A DNA stretch of 62,792 nt, filler included, from Chiloscyllium plagiosum (taxonomy: Eukaryota): assembly GCF_004010195.1 (NCBI RefSeq). It is 6 parts of one record of this genome, joined end to end, with 100 filler letters (N's around TTAATTAATTAA, not from the genome) between each part and the next. Parts side by side here need not be neighbours in the genome. Positions count along the whole stretch, not along the records: positions 42,605 to 50,862 come from NC_057713.1; positions 50,963 to 61,007 come from NC_057713.1; 4 more parts are not named here. One strand, 5' to 3'. The number at the start of each line of letters is the position of its first letter. The stretch's first letter is position 1. This document shows, piece after piece, positions 49,640-61,107 of this stretch. Made by a program: the position numbers and the translations under genes. The notes under the pieces were generated by a model, which was not told the origin of the DNA, ran no database searches, and saw only the letters and a list, made by a program, of their open reading frames with translations.

Positions 49640-50512
49640 TACATAACGTGGGAAGGAGGAATATAGTTAGCATGGATCGAGCATTAGTTGACAGCCAGAG
49701 AACAGATTATAGAAATAAATGGATCATTTTGAATGGCTGGTGGTGACTAGTGAGTAATTGGGTATTGCAAGGGTCAGTGTTTGGGGCCCCAACTATTCAT
49801 GATATGTAGAAATGACTTGGATAAGAGAAGCAAATGCAACATTTTCAAATTTGCTGAAGATGCAAAACTGGACGGGGTTGAGGAGGAGGCAGAGAGGCTT
49901 TTGAGGTAATTTAGAAAAGTTGACTGAGCAAACACATGGTGCACAAAGTGCAATGTGGCTAAATGTGAAGTTATACACTTTGTGAAAAATAGGAAGGAAA
50001 ATATTGTTTAAATGATAGTATACTGGGAAGTGTGGATGTTCAAAGGCTTCTGGTGCCAGTCAATGAAAGTAGCCAGACAGATGAAGTAAGTAATTAAGGA
50101 GACAAATTGTGTATTAGCCTTCCTTGCAGTGGATTTGAGTTCAGAAGTAGGGATATCTTACTGTAGGGAGAAAGTGTGGGCTGCAGATGCTGGAGATCAG
50201 AGTCAAGTGTGGTGCTGAAAAAGCACAACAGGTCAGGCAGCATCCAAGGACCAGGAGAATTGATGTTTCAGGCATAAGCCCTTGTTCCGGAATGAGGCTC
50301 TTGATGAACAGCTTGTGTTTGAAACGTCAATTCTCCTGCTCCTTGGATGCTGTCTGACCTGTTGTGCTTTTCCAGCACCCCACACTCTATCTTACTGCAG
50401 TTATACAATGAGACTGCACCTGGAATATTGTGCATTTTGATCTCCCTTCCTAAGAAGGGATATGTTTGCTATACAGGGAATGTATGAGGTTTAGTAGGCT
50501 AATACCAGGGAT
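49640..50512 (+). mobile_element. Old CR1 RT fragment
   Basis: QGSVLGPQLF, KFAEDAKL and HLEYC motifs. Confidence 0.7.
50167..50387 (-). mobile_element. PLE hairpin mini-insertion (older)
   Basis: 13-bp TSD tatcttactg(t/c)ag (50154-66 / 50388-400); diverged inverted arms. Confidence 0.85.
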
Positions 50513-50862
50513 GAGCTGGAGATGTGTTGCTGGAAAAGCGCAGCAGGTCAGGCAGCATCCAGGGAACAGGAGAATCGACGTTTCGGGTATAAGCCCTTCT
50601 TCAGGAATGAGGAAAGTTTTGTCAGCAGGCTAAGATAAAAGGTAGGGAGGAGGGACTTGGGGGAGGGGCGTCGGAAATGTGATAGGTGGAAAGAGGTCAA
50701 GGTGAGGGTGATAGGTCAGACGGGAGTGGGGGCGGAGAGGTCGGGAAGAAGATTGCAGGTTAGGAAGGCGGTGCTGAGTTCGATGGATTTGACTGAGACA
50801 AGGTGGGGGGAGGGGAAATACCTTGTCTCAGTCAAATCCATCGAACTCAGCACCGCCTTCCT
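50512..50862 (-). mobile_element. PLE 3' fragment with hammerhead and terminal inversion
   Basis: Minus-strand core at 50577-50604; perfect 43-bp inverted repeat 50762-50804 / 50820-50862. Confidence 0.85.
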
Positions 50863-50962
50863 NNNNNNNNNNNNNNNNNNNNNNNNNNNNNNNNNNNNNN
50901 NNNNNNTTAATTAATTAANNNNNNNNNNNNNNNNNNNNNNNNNNNNNNNNNNNNNNNNNNNN
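50863..50962. other. Synthetic scaffold spacer
   Basis: 44 N + TTAATTAATTAA + 44 N. Confidence 0.97.
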
Positions 50963-51765
50963 AGGGAGAGGCTGAACAGGCTGGGGCTGTTTTCCCTGGA
51001 GCGTCGGAGGCTGAGGGGTGACCTTATAGAGGTTTACAAAATTGAGGGGCATGGATAGGGTAAATAGACAAAGTCTTTTACCTGGGGTGGGGGAGTCCAG
51101 AACTAGAGGGCATAGGTTTAGGGTGAGAGGGGAAAGATACAAAAGAGACCCAAGGGGCAACGTTTTCACACAGAGGGTGGTACGTGTATGGAATGAGCTA
51201 CCAGAGGATGTGGTGGAGGCTGGTACAATTGCAACATTTAAGAGGCATTTGGATGGATATATGAATAGGAACGGTTTGGAGGGATATGGGCCGGGTGCTG
51301 GCAGGTGGGACTCGATTGGGTTGGGATATCTGGTCAGCATGGACGGGTTGGACCGAAGGGTCTGGTTCCATGCTTTACATCTCAATGACTCTAAGAAGGT
51401 TGAGAGGTGACTTAATTGAGACGTATGAGATAATCAAGGTTAGATAGGTTGGACAGTGAGAGCCTTTTTCCTCAAATGGCAATGGCTCACATGAGAGGAC
51501 ATAGCTTTAAATTGAGGTGCAATAAACATAGGGCAGATGTCAGAGGTAGTTTATTTACTCAGAGTAGTAGGGCATAGAATGCCCTGCCTGCTACAGTAGT
51601 AGACTCACCATCTTTAAGGGCATTTAAATGGTCATTGGATAGGCATATGAATGAGAGTGGAATAGTGTCGGTTAATAGATTAGATGGGCTTCAGATTGGT
51701 TCCACAGGTTGGCGCAACATCGAGAGCTGAAGGGCTGTACTGTGGTGTAATGTTGTATGTTCTAT
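50963..51765 (+). mobile_element. Two consecutive CR1 3' ends of different subfamilies (to about 51392; 51393-51765)
   Basis: RLRGDLIEV motif occurs twice; two different tails. Confidence 0.88.
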
Positions 51766-51914
51766 ACCCCTTACGTTTACATACCTCAATCAGTTCCCAC
51801 CCCCTTCAGCGCCAAAGAAAGTAAATCCAGCCTATCAAGTCTCTCTTCATAACTGAAACATTTTATCTTAGGCAACACGCAGGTGACTCTCTTTTGCGGA
51901 GGTGATGGCCTAAG

Positions 51915-52735
51915 ACCTTCTCACTGAGCTGGTAAATTTGATTGCAGATATTTTGTCACCATTCTAGGTAATATCATCAGTGTGCCTCTGATGAAGTATT
52001 GGTGTTCATGTATCTGGATCTGCTGGGGTTGGAGGTGTCCTTTCTGGTTTTGTTGCTGGTTCTGGGTTGAGTGCAGGCTTCTAAGAATTCCCTGCATTTT
52101 TCTGTTTGGCTTGTCCCAGTCAAATTGGTGTCATTCATTGTCCATGTATATGGATACAAGTGATAGCTGATCATGTCTCTTGATGGCTAGTTGATGCTCA
52201 TGTACCCTGGTGGCTAATTTCTTTTCTGTTTGCCTTATGTAGTGTTTTTGACAGTCTTTATATGGTGATTTGTATATAATATTGGTCCTGTTCATCGTGG
52301 GTATGGGACCCTTTATATTTGTTAATAGCTGTCATTGTGTGGTAGTTGATTTGTCGGAGTAGGAGGAGAAAAAAGGGCTTATGCCCGAAATGTCGATTCT
52401 CCTGTTCCCTGGATGCTGCCTGACCTGCTGCGCTTTTCCAGCAACACAATTTCAGATTTGTCGGAGTAGTCTGGTGGTAATTTCTGATATGTCCTTAATG
52501 TATGGCAGTGTATCCAGACGTATTGTGTCTTCCTATTGTGGTCTGTTATGTAGGTATCGGCAGACTATGCCTTTTCAGTTCCTGTTATTTCTGAATATGT
52601 TGTGTAGGCGTTGTTCTGCTTTGCACAGCTCTGGGATGATGTAGTGTGTTATAGCTCACTTGAACAATGATTGTGGGTGTTGTAGTTGAGTACTTGGTTT
52701 GTGTGGGTGGCCTTTTTCCTGTCAACTCTGGTCTG
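51915..52735 (-). mobile_element. Penelope-like element fragment (same type as 26520)
   Basis: Minus-strand HYIRQTEKKLATRVHEHQLAIKRHD and REFLEA; decayed HHR at about 51943-51984. Confidence 0.8.
52363..52454 (+). mobile_element. Minimal PLE insertion nested in another PLE
   Basis: 15-bp TSD gatttgtcggagtag (52348-62 / 52455-69). Confidence 0.85.
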
Positions 52736-52782
52736 TAGCGCACTCTCTCCCTCCTCCTCTCCTCCCCCCCCCCCCCCCCCCC

Positions 52783-53115
52783 AAGTGGCATCATCACTCG
52801 ACAATTACTCTAGAGAACCTGGCAATGTTCTGAGACGTGGGCTTGAATCCTGTGATGGCAGATGTGGAATTTGGTTTCAATAAATATCTGGAATTTGGAG
52901 CCCAATGATGACCATGAAAACACTTCCAGTTGTCAGGAAAATCTGTTCTGCTTCCCCAATGCCCCCAGGGAACAAAACCTCTGTCTTCACTTTGGTCTAC
53001 ATGTGACTCCAAACCCACAGCGATGTGTAGTTGACAGTTAACTGCCCTCTAGGCAATTAGGGATTGGTAAGATATGCTGGCCTGGGCAGAGATTCCCACA
53101 GCCTATGAATGAAAA
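52783..53115 (+). mobile_element. Old SINE (SacSINE1-like, tentative)
   Basis: B-box-like ggcttgaatcc; shares blocks with 2165-2745. Confidence 0.5.
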
Positions 53116-53507
53116 CAAAAACCCTCTTCAGTGCAATTAGGTCTTTCAGTTCATGGTGGTCAGAACTGCATCCAGTATTCCATCTGTGCATTAACCAGTG
53201 AGGTAATGATGCCAGTCCCCCTCTCCAAAAGACTTCAGTGAATCAGGTGAGCCCTTCAGACAATCAACAGTTGCGTCATAGCCACCACTAGACTTCTAAT
53301 TCCAACTGTCACTGAATTACGCATTATAAACATCTTGGGAATTATCATTGACTAGAAACTGAGCTGATAAACCAGACAAGGCTACAAGAGCAGGTCACAG
53401 GTTGGGAATTATGAAGTGAATAACTCACCTGTTGAGTTCCACCAAAAGTTCATTCACTATCTACAAAGTTTGCATGAATACTCTGAATACTTACCTGGAT
53501 GAATGTC

Positions 53508-54697
53508 GAGTCATAGAGATGTACAGCATGGAAACAGATCATTCAGTTCAACCTGTCCATGCCGACCAGATATTCCAACCCAATCTAGTCCTACCTGCCA
53601 GCACCCGGACCATATCCCTCCAAACTCTTCCTATTCATATACCCATCCAAATGCCTCTTAAATGTTGCAATTGTACCAGCCTCCGCCACTTCCTCTGGCA
53701 ACTCATTCCGTACACATACCACCCTCTGTGTGAAAAAGTTGCCCCTTAGGTCTCTCTTGTATCTTTCCCCTCTCACCTTAAACCTATGCCCTCTCGTTCT
53801 GAACTCCCCAACCCCAGGGAAAAGACTTTGTCCATGCCCCTCATAATTTTGTAACCCTCTATGAGGTCACCCCTCAGCCTCCGACGCTCCAGGGAAAACA
53901 GCCCCAGCCTGTTCAGCCTCTCCCTATAACTCAAATCCTCCAACCCTGGCAACATCCTTGTAAATCTTTTCTGAACCTTTCCAAGTTTCACAACATCTTT
54001 CCGATAGGAAGGCGACCAGAATTGCATGCAATATTCCAACAGTGGCCTAACTAATGTCCTATACAGCCTCAACATGACCTCCCAACTCCTGTACTCAATA
54101 TTCTGACCAATTAAAGGAAAGCATACCAAACGCCGCCTTCACTATCCTATCTATCTGCGACTCCACTTTCAAGGAGCTATGAACCTGCGCTCCAGGGTCT
54201 CTTTGTTCAGCAACACTCCCTAGGATCTTACCATTAAGTGTATAAGTCCTGCTAAGATTTGCTTTCCCAAAAATGCAGCAGCACCTCACATTTATTTGAA
54301 TTAAACTCCATTTGCCACTCCTCAGCCCATTGGCCTATCTGGTCAAGATCCTGTTGTAATCTGAGGTAACCTTATTCGCTGTCTACGACACCTCCAATTT
54401 TGGTATCATCTGCAAACTTACTAACTATACCTCTTATGCTAGCATTCAAATTATTTATATAAATGACAAAAAGAGGACCCAGCACCAATCCTTGTGGCAC
54501 TACACTGGTCACAGGCCTCCAGTCTGAAAAACAACCCTTCCACCACCACCCTCTGTCGTCTACCTTTGAGCCAGTTCTGTATACAAATGGCTAGTTCTCC
54601 CTGTATTCCGTGAGATCTAACCTTACCATCCAGCCTCCCATGGGAAACCTTGTTGAACGCCTTACTGAAGTCCGCATGGATCACATCTACTGATTTG
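53508..54697 (-). mobile_element. Young CR1 LINE RT to 3' end (ungapped copy)
   Basis: DFSKAFNKVSHGRL, LYRTLVRPLLEYCMQFWSP, RLRGDLIE and FFTQRVV. Confidence 0.93.
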
Positions 54698-54904
54698 CCC
54701 GAGTTCCAACAATACATGAGGCTTGATGTCATCCAGGGCAAAGTAGTCTGCTTAACATCCTGTAGTCCACCTTAAATTCCCATCACTGATGAAAACAATG
54801 CTACCACTTGGTTTCCTTCCTTTAAGTCCAAAGATATGCAGATTTGGTGGATAGTCCATGCTAAGTTGCCCCATAGTGTCCAAGGTTGTGCAGGTTAGGT
54901 GGAT

Positions 54905-55073
54905 TAGTGTGGTGCTGGAAAAGCACAACGGATCAGGCATTCAACGAGCAGGCAAAAGCCCTTCATCCGAAACGTCAATTCTCCTGCTCTTCGGATGCTG
55001 CCTGACCTGCTGTGCTTTTCCAGCACCACTGTCCCGACTCTGATCTCCGGCATCTGCAGTCTTCATTTTCTCC
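54905..55073 (+). mobile_element. PLE fold-back insertion adjoining a V-SINE fragment (about 54830-54905)
   Basis: gtggtgctggaaaagcaca and tgtgcttttccagcaccac arms; tail catctgcagtcttcattttctc. Confidence 0.75.
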
Positions 55074-56304
55074 TACTTAATTGAAACCACCTACTGTGAT
55101 GACTTGAAACTATCACTGTTCTTTCACTGTCAGATCAAAATCATAGAACACCCCAGTGGAACAATTGGTGCATCTGCATCGAATAGAATGCAGTGTTTTG
55201 TTGACAGAGTGTATCTTCTCAAATGAAATGAGTGATCAACAACAAATACGAAATTTGCCAGGAATGCCCAGATCCTTGAGATAATGCTTACAGTGTTTAT
55301 ATTGAGTAATTTCCTTGTAGAGAAGTGGAAAAATACAATTTCACAATTGTTTTATTTTGCATTTTGTTTATAAGCTGTTGGTATCAGCTACTGAAAAGAG
55401 CCTCAAGCTATCTAGTCAAACTTGAGCATTTCAGATTTCAGTACAGTAAAAATTTTGCGTCATTCCCGTACATGTGTGACTGTTACTAAATTCTAATTGT
55501 TATAAATTCTTCAGCAATTTACTTCTATCAAAAGTGATAACTCTAACACTCATTGCTTCAGCCTTTCTAGGCTAATAAGATGTATTTCTTTTGGTCATCA
55601 CCTTGTGGATCATACATCAATGTATAATTTCAGGGTCAGCAATTGTGAGACTCTTTGTTGAATACCTTAGTTTGCATTTCCTAGAATTTTGAAAACACAC
55701 AAGCTACTTTTTAAAAATCATTCATGGGAGTAGGTATCTCAAACAAGGCCAGCATTTACTGCTCATTTTGAATAGCCTGGCCGAAAGCCAGCCAGACTAC
55801 TTTACATACTGTCAAATGTACCCCAGATCAGGTAACGATAGTACATTTTCATCCCTAGAGAACCAGGTGTTCATAGATGTCGTGCCAATAAGCAGGCTGC
55901 TTTGGTCCTGGATGTTATCAAGCTTCTTGGGTGTTGTTAGAGCTGCAGTAGTCCATGCAAATGTATAGTATTCCAACATATTCTTGGCAGTCAAGTTCAC
56001 AAATGCTTAATGTTTTGGGTTTGTAAGATTAAAATAGTTGTTTCACTGGATAAAAAGCTTCCTGATGACAATCCTGTTTTCCAAATAGTCTGCTTAAATT
56101 TAATAAACCTTAATTATGCTGTAAGTGCGTAGATACTTTAGGGATATAAGATGTTCATTTGCCAACTAAGTACATCAGAGATTGGGCTTATTTCAGTGAT
56201 AACATTAAAAAAAGTCTTAAATGAGACTATTCACTAATTTTACAATGTTATGAACAAATTAACAAGTCATACATTTAAGTATGCTTGTGTGTCAAAAGCT
56301 ATCA

Positions 56305-56965
56305 AAAATTTGCAGATGACACCAAAATTGGAGGTGTAGTGGACAGCGAAGAAGGTTATCTCAGATTACAACAGGATCTTGACCAAATGGGCCAATGAGC
56401 TGAGAAGTGGTAGATGGAGTTTAATTCAGATAAGTGCGAGGTGCTGCCGCATTTTGGGAAAGCAAATCTTAGCAGGACTTATACACTTAATGGTGAGGTC
56501 CCATAGAGTGTTGCTGAACAGAGACCTTGGAGTGCAGGTTCATAGCTTCTTGAAAGTGGAGTCGTAGGTAGATTGGATAGTGAAGAAAGCGTTTGGTATG
56601 CTTTCCTTTATTGGTCAGAGTATTGAGTACAGGAGTTGGGAGGTCATGCTGCGGCTGTACAGGACATTGGTTAGACCACGGTTGGAATATTGTGTGCAAT
56701 TCTGGTCTCCTTCCTATTGGAAAGATGTTGTGAAACTTGGAAGGGTTCAGAAAAATGGAATGAGCTGCCAGAGGAAGTGGTGGAGGCTGGTACAATTGCA
56801 ACATTTAAAAGGCATGTGAATGGGTACATGAATAGGAAGGGTTTAGAGTAATATAGGCTGGGTGCTTGCAGGTGGGACTAGATTGCGTTGGGATATCTGA
56901 TCAGCATGGACATGTTGGACCGAAGGGTCTGTTTCTATGTGTTCATCTCTGTGACTATGACTCTA
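56305..56965 (+). mobile_element. Young CR1 3' portion with an internal deletion
   Basis: KFADDTK...LVRPRLEYCVQFWSP, then a jump at about 56755 to WNELPEEVVEAG. Confidence 0.9.
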
Positions 56966-57167
56966 AAAGATGGAATAACAAATGTTATAAAATCTATTTT
57001 TATGTTATTGTATCCATTTCAATAATATCTAAGAACATCTAGGAATATCCAATATCTATCAATATCTAAGAATAGGATATCCATTAACATTCAAAACACA
57101 TTTACCTCGAAGTCCCAAAAATGTGCAATATGTTAAGGTCAGAGAAAACATGACATATTAAGTGAGA

Positions 57168-58290
57168 GATTTGATTTGATTTAATTCTTATTGTCACATG
57201 TACTAAGATACAATGGAAAGTATTGTTTTGTGTGCTAGCCAGCTAAGTCATATCTTGTGTAAGTATATCAGAGTAATAGAACAGAATGCAGAATATAATG
57301 TTGCAGCTATCGAGAAGGTGCGGAGAAAGATTAACTCTAAAATACAAGAGGTCCGTTCAGAAGTCTAATTACAGTGGAGAAGAAGCTATTCTTGAATCTG
57401 TTTGTATATGTTTTCAAACTTCTGTATCTTCTGTCTGATGGAAGAGGGTGGAAAAGTATATAACCAGGCTGGAAGGGGTCTTTGATTATGTTGGCTGCTT
57501 TCTCGAGGCAGCAGGAGATATAGATGAAGTCAGTGGAAGGAAGACTAGTTTTCATGATGGATTGGGCTGCATTCACAACTCTCTGACTTCTTGCGGTCTT
57601 GGGCAAAGCAGTTCGCATACCAAGCTGTCTTGCATCAGAATAGGATGCTTTCTATGGTGCATCTATAACAGTTGGTAAGAGTCATTGTGGACATGCAAAA
57701 TTTCCTTAACCACCTGAGGAAGTAGAAATTATGGTCTGCTTTCTTGACTGTAGCATTGATGTAAATGGATATAGATCATTAGTGATATTTAATCCCAGGA
57801 ACTTGAAGGAGTCAACAACAGCACCTCAGCACCATTGATATAGATTGGGGCATATCCGCTTCCTAAAGTCAGTGACCACCTTCTTTGTTTAGTTGATATT
57901 GCGAGAGAGAGAGTTGTCTTTGCAACATGCCACTAAGCTTTCTCTGTCTCACTGTTATTTGAGATCTGACCCACAACTGTGGTGTCAACAGCAAATTTGT
58001 AAGTGGAGTTAGAGCTGAATTTGGCTACACAGTCGGGATGTATTAAGTGATATAGTAAGGAGCTGAGTATACAACCTTGCAGGGCACTAGTGTTGAGGAT
58101 TATTGTGAAGGAGGTGTTGCTGCCTATCCTTACTGATTGCAGTTTGAGAGTCAGGAAAGTGGAGGATCCAGTTACAGAGGGGGGAGCAGAGTCCTAGGTC
58201 TCAGAGTTTGAAAATGAGTTTTGTTTGAACTATGGTGTTGTAGACGGAGCTAAATTTAATAAATAGGTGTACCTGTTATCCAAATGTTCC
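57168..58290 (-). mobile_element. Rex1/Babar-type LINE 3' portion
   Basis: QRVVNAAQSI...KAANIIKDPFQPG..LF.PLPS.RRYRSLKT.TNRFKNSFF; tail catgtgacaataa with (aaatc)n. Confidence 0.8.
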
Positions 58291-58794
58291 AGGGATGAGT
58301 GTAAGCCCAAGAAGGCACCTTATAATTTTGAAATTTCATTGCAAGGGTCTTATTATTTTGACTGTTTTTGCATTGTATCCATTTATGTTAATCCTCTGAA
58401 TATGTTCCCTCAGCTTTCATTTGTTGCTGTATTCCTTAATTATTCAATGAACTACTCAGGTTTTATCTAGTCACTTTTAAACTCCTTTCATCTCTTATTA
58501 TTTCAATTTTAAATGTCTATCACTGAAGATATTTCAGTTCTTTGTCTTTATTAGTGTTGTCTTATTCTGCTTTATAATGGTATTTATTCTGCTAAGAATC
58601 TTTTAATATTCTTATCAATTCAAGTGTTTTTCCTGCAATTAACATTTTACTTTTACACCAGTTGTCATGATGCTTTCTGTCTTTCCATGCCTCCTTCCTT
58701 ATTTTATGTGCTGGACACTAATTTAATCAGTAGCAGATGCGTCATCTCCATATCCCCCTTTTTGGTATACTCCTTACCTGATAGCTGCCATGGA

Positions 58795-59850
58795 GTCTAC
58801 AGAGTCATGGAGACATACAGCATGGAACTAGACCCTTCTGTCCAAATGCCTGCGCCAACCAGATTTCCCCATCTGACCGAGTCCCATTTTTCACCATTTG
58901 GCCCATATCCCTCTAAACGTTTCCGAGTCATATATCCATCCAGGTGCCTTTTAAATGTTGTCATTGTACCAGCCTCCACCACTTCATCTGGCAGTTCATT
59001 CCATACATGCAAAACCCTCTGTATGAAAGAGTTACCCCTTGGATCCTTTTAAATCTTTCCCCTCTCACCTTAAACCTATGGCTCTAGTTTCAGATACCTG
59101 ACCATGACTTTATAAACCTCTAAGGTCACCCCTCAGTCTCCAATGCATCACCGAGTGAAGGCTCAACATGTTCAGCCTCTTCCTGGCAACTTCATTGTAA
59201 ATCTTTTCTGTACCCTCTCAAGTTTCACAATATCCTTCCTATAGAAGGGTGACCAAAATTGTATGCAGTATTCCAAAAGTGGCCTCACCGATGTCCCACA
59301 CAGCCACAACATGACATCCCAACTGCTATTCTCAATGTTCTGACCGATGAACACAAGTGAGCCAAAAGCCATCTTCACCACCCTGTTTACCTGTGCTGCC
59401 ACTTTCAAGGAACTATGCACCTCTACCTCTAGATCTCTTTGTTTGGCAACACTACCAGGGTCCTACCATTAACTGTATAAGTCCTGGTCTGATTTGTCCT
59501 ACCAAAATGCAGCACCTCATTTATTTAAATTCAACTCCATCTGCCACTCCTCGGCCCATTGGCCCATCTGATCAAGATCCCATTATACTCTGAGAATCTT
59601 CCTCACTGTCCACTACGCCACCTATTTTGGTGTCATCCACAAACTTACTAACCATACCTCCTATGTTCACATCCAAATCATATATATATAAAAGAGAAAA
59701 AGCAACAGACCCAGCCACTGATCCTTGTGGCACACTGCTTGTCACAGACATCCAGTACAAAAAGCAACCCTCCACCACCACCCTCTGTCTCTGAACTTCA
59801 AGCCAATTTTGTATCCAATTGGCTAACTTCCACTGGATTCCATGTGATAT
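58795..59850 (-). mobile_element. CR1 LINE RT/3' end, moderately diverged
   Basis: VPQGSV, KFVDDTK, RPLLEYCIQFWSP and VWNELPDEVVEAG. Confidence 0.88.
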
Positions 59851-59924
59851 TTAACTCCTCTATATCTTTATTTTTAAATGTTTTAATGTCTATGTGCAAC
59901 CTCCCTAAATAGGGATACTTAATT

Positions 59925-60222
59925 GATTAGATTAGATTAGGTTCCCTATAGTATGGAAACAGGCCCCTCGGCCCAACAAGTCCACACTGACCCTCCGAAG
60001 AGCAACCCACCCAGACCCATTTTCTCTCTGACTTATACACCTAACACTATGGGCAATTTTTAGCATAGCCAATTCACCTGCAAATCTTTGGACTGTGGGA
60101 GGAAACCCACACAGACACAGGGAGAATGTGCAAACTCCACACACAGTCGCCAGAGGCTGGAATCGAACCTGGGACCCTGGTGCTGTGAGGCAGCAGTGCT
60201 AACCACTGAGCCACCGTGCCAC
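59925..60222 (-). mobile_element. HE1/V-type SINE
   Basis: Reverse complement ggcacggtggctcagtggttagcactgctgcctcacagc...ggttcgattcc, V-domain, (ctaat)n tail. Confidence 0.92.
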
Positions 60223-60863
60223 GGGTGGGGCAAAGACAGTTTGTTTTTAGCAAGGGTGATAATTCCTCAGATGAATGCAGCAAAAGAAGCCAAGTCTCTG
60301 GCACAATGTGTGGTTCAGCAGTACTCCGATTCATGCACAACATGTTCCTCAGCAGAATGTGAAGGTGGCTGGGGTGAGGACTGCTGCAGAGGAAAGAGTG
60401 GAAACCAAATAGCGGAATGGTTGGAACAGATAGGTGTTTTTGCTGTCATGGAAGTGACTCCACCAGGGTGAAGGATGTCACTGAAGGGTTACAGGCTGTT
60501 GGAAGAGGGATAGCGTGGTCCAGATTGGTACCAATGACATAGACAGAAAGAAAATGGGGTTCCAGAAGCAGTTTCTGGGGCATTAGGACCTTTTCAAGGA
60601 GAATGAGTCACAGCTTAGCAGTTCCAGGATAAATGAACTAAGGGAAATTTGCAAGTGCTGTTGGAGCAGGTTTGAATTCTATTCTTGGGAGGGTGACAAA
60701 CAGAGAATTCAGATGAAGGAAAAGTCATTATAGAACATAGAACAGTACAGCACGGAACAGGCCCTTCAGCCCATGATGTTGTACCAACCACTGATCCTCA
60801 TGTATGCACCCTCAAATTTCTGTGACCATATGCATGTCCAGTAGTCTCTTAAATGTCCCCAAT

Positions 60864-61007
60864 GGGGGATCCAAGATGGCGGCGACCCAGTAAGACTGAG
60901 TCTATAGTGCTCCTCCCAAGACTTGGGCACAGTGGGTCACCTACCCCCTACCAAGCACACCAAATCATTTATAATAGTTTAGTAACTCAATTAGTTGTGT
61001 AATATTA
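60864..61007 (+). mobile_element. Probable L1 5' end, abutting a minus-strand CR1-like tail (about 60728-60863)
   Basis: gggggatccaagatggcggcg: a G-run start plus the YY1-type caagatggcg motif typical of L1 5' termini. Confidence 0.6.
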
Positions 61008-61107
61008 NNNNNNNNNNNNNNNNNNNNNNNNNNNNNNNNNNNNNNNNNNNNTTAATTAATTAANNNNNNNNNNNNNNNNNNNNNNNNNNNNNNNNNNNNN
61101 NNNNNNN
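61008..61107. other. Synthetic scaffold spacer
   Basis: 44 N + TTAATTAATTAA + 44 N. Confidence 0.97.

Noticed and set aside
57337..57618. 93-aa ORF as a host gene
   Set aside because: Matches the C-terminus of Rex1/Babar LINE ORF2 and is followed by the LINE tail.
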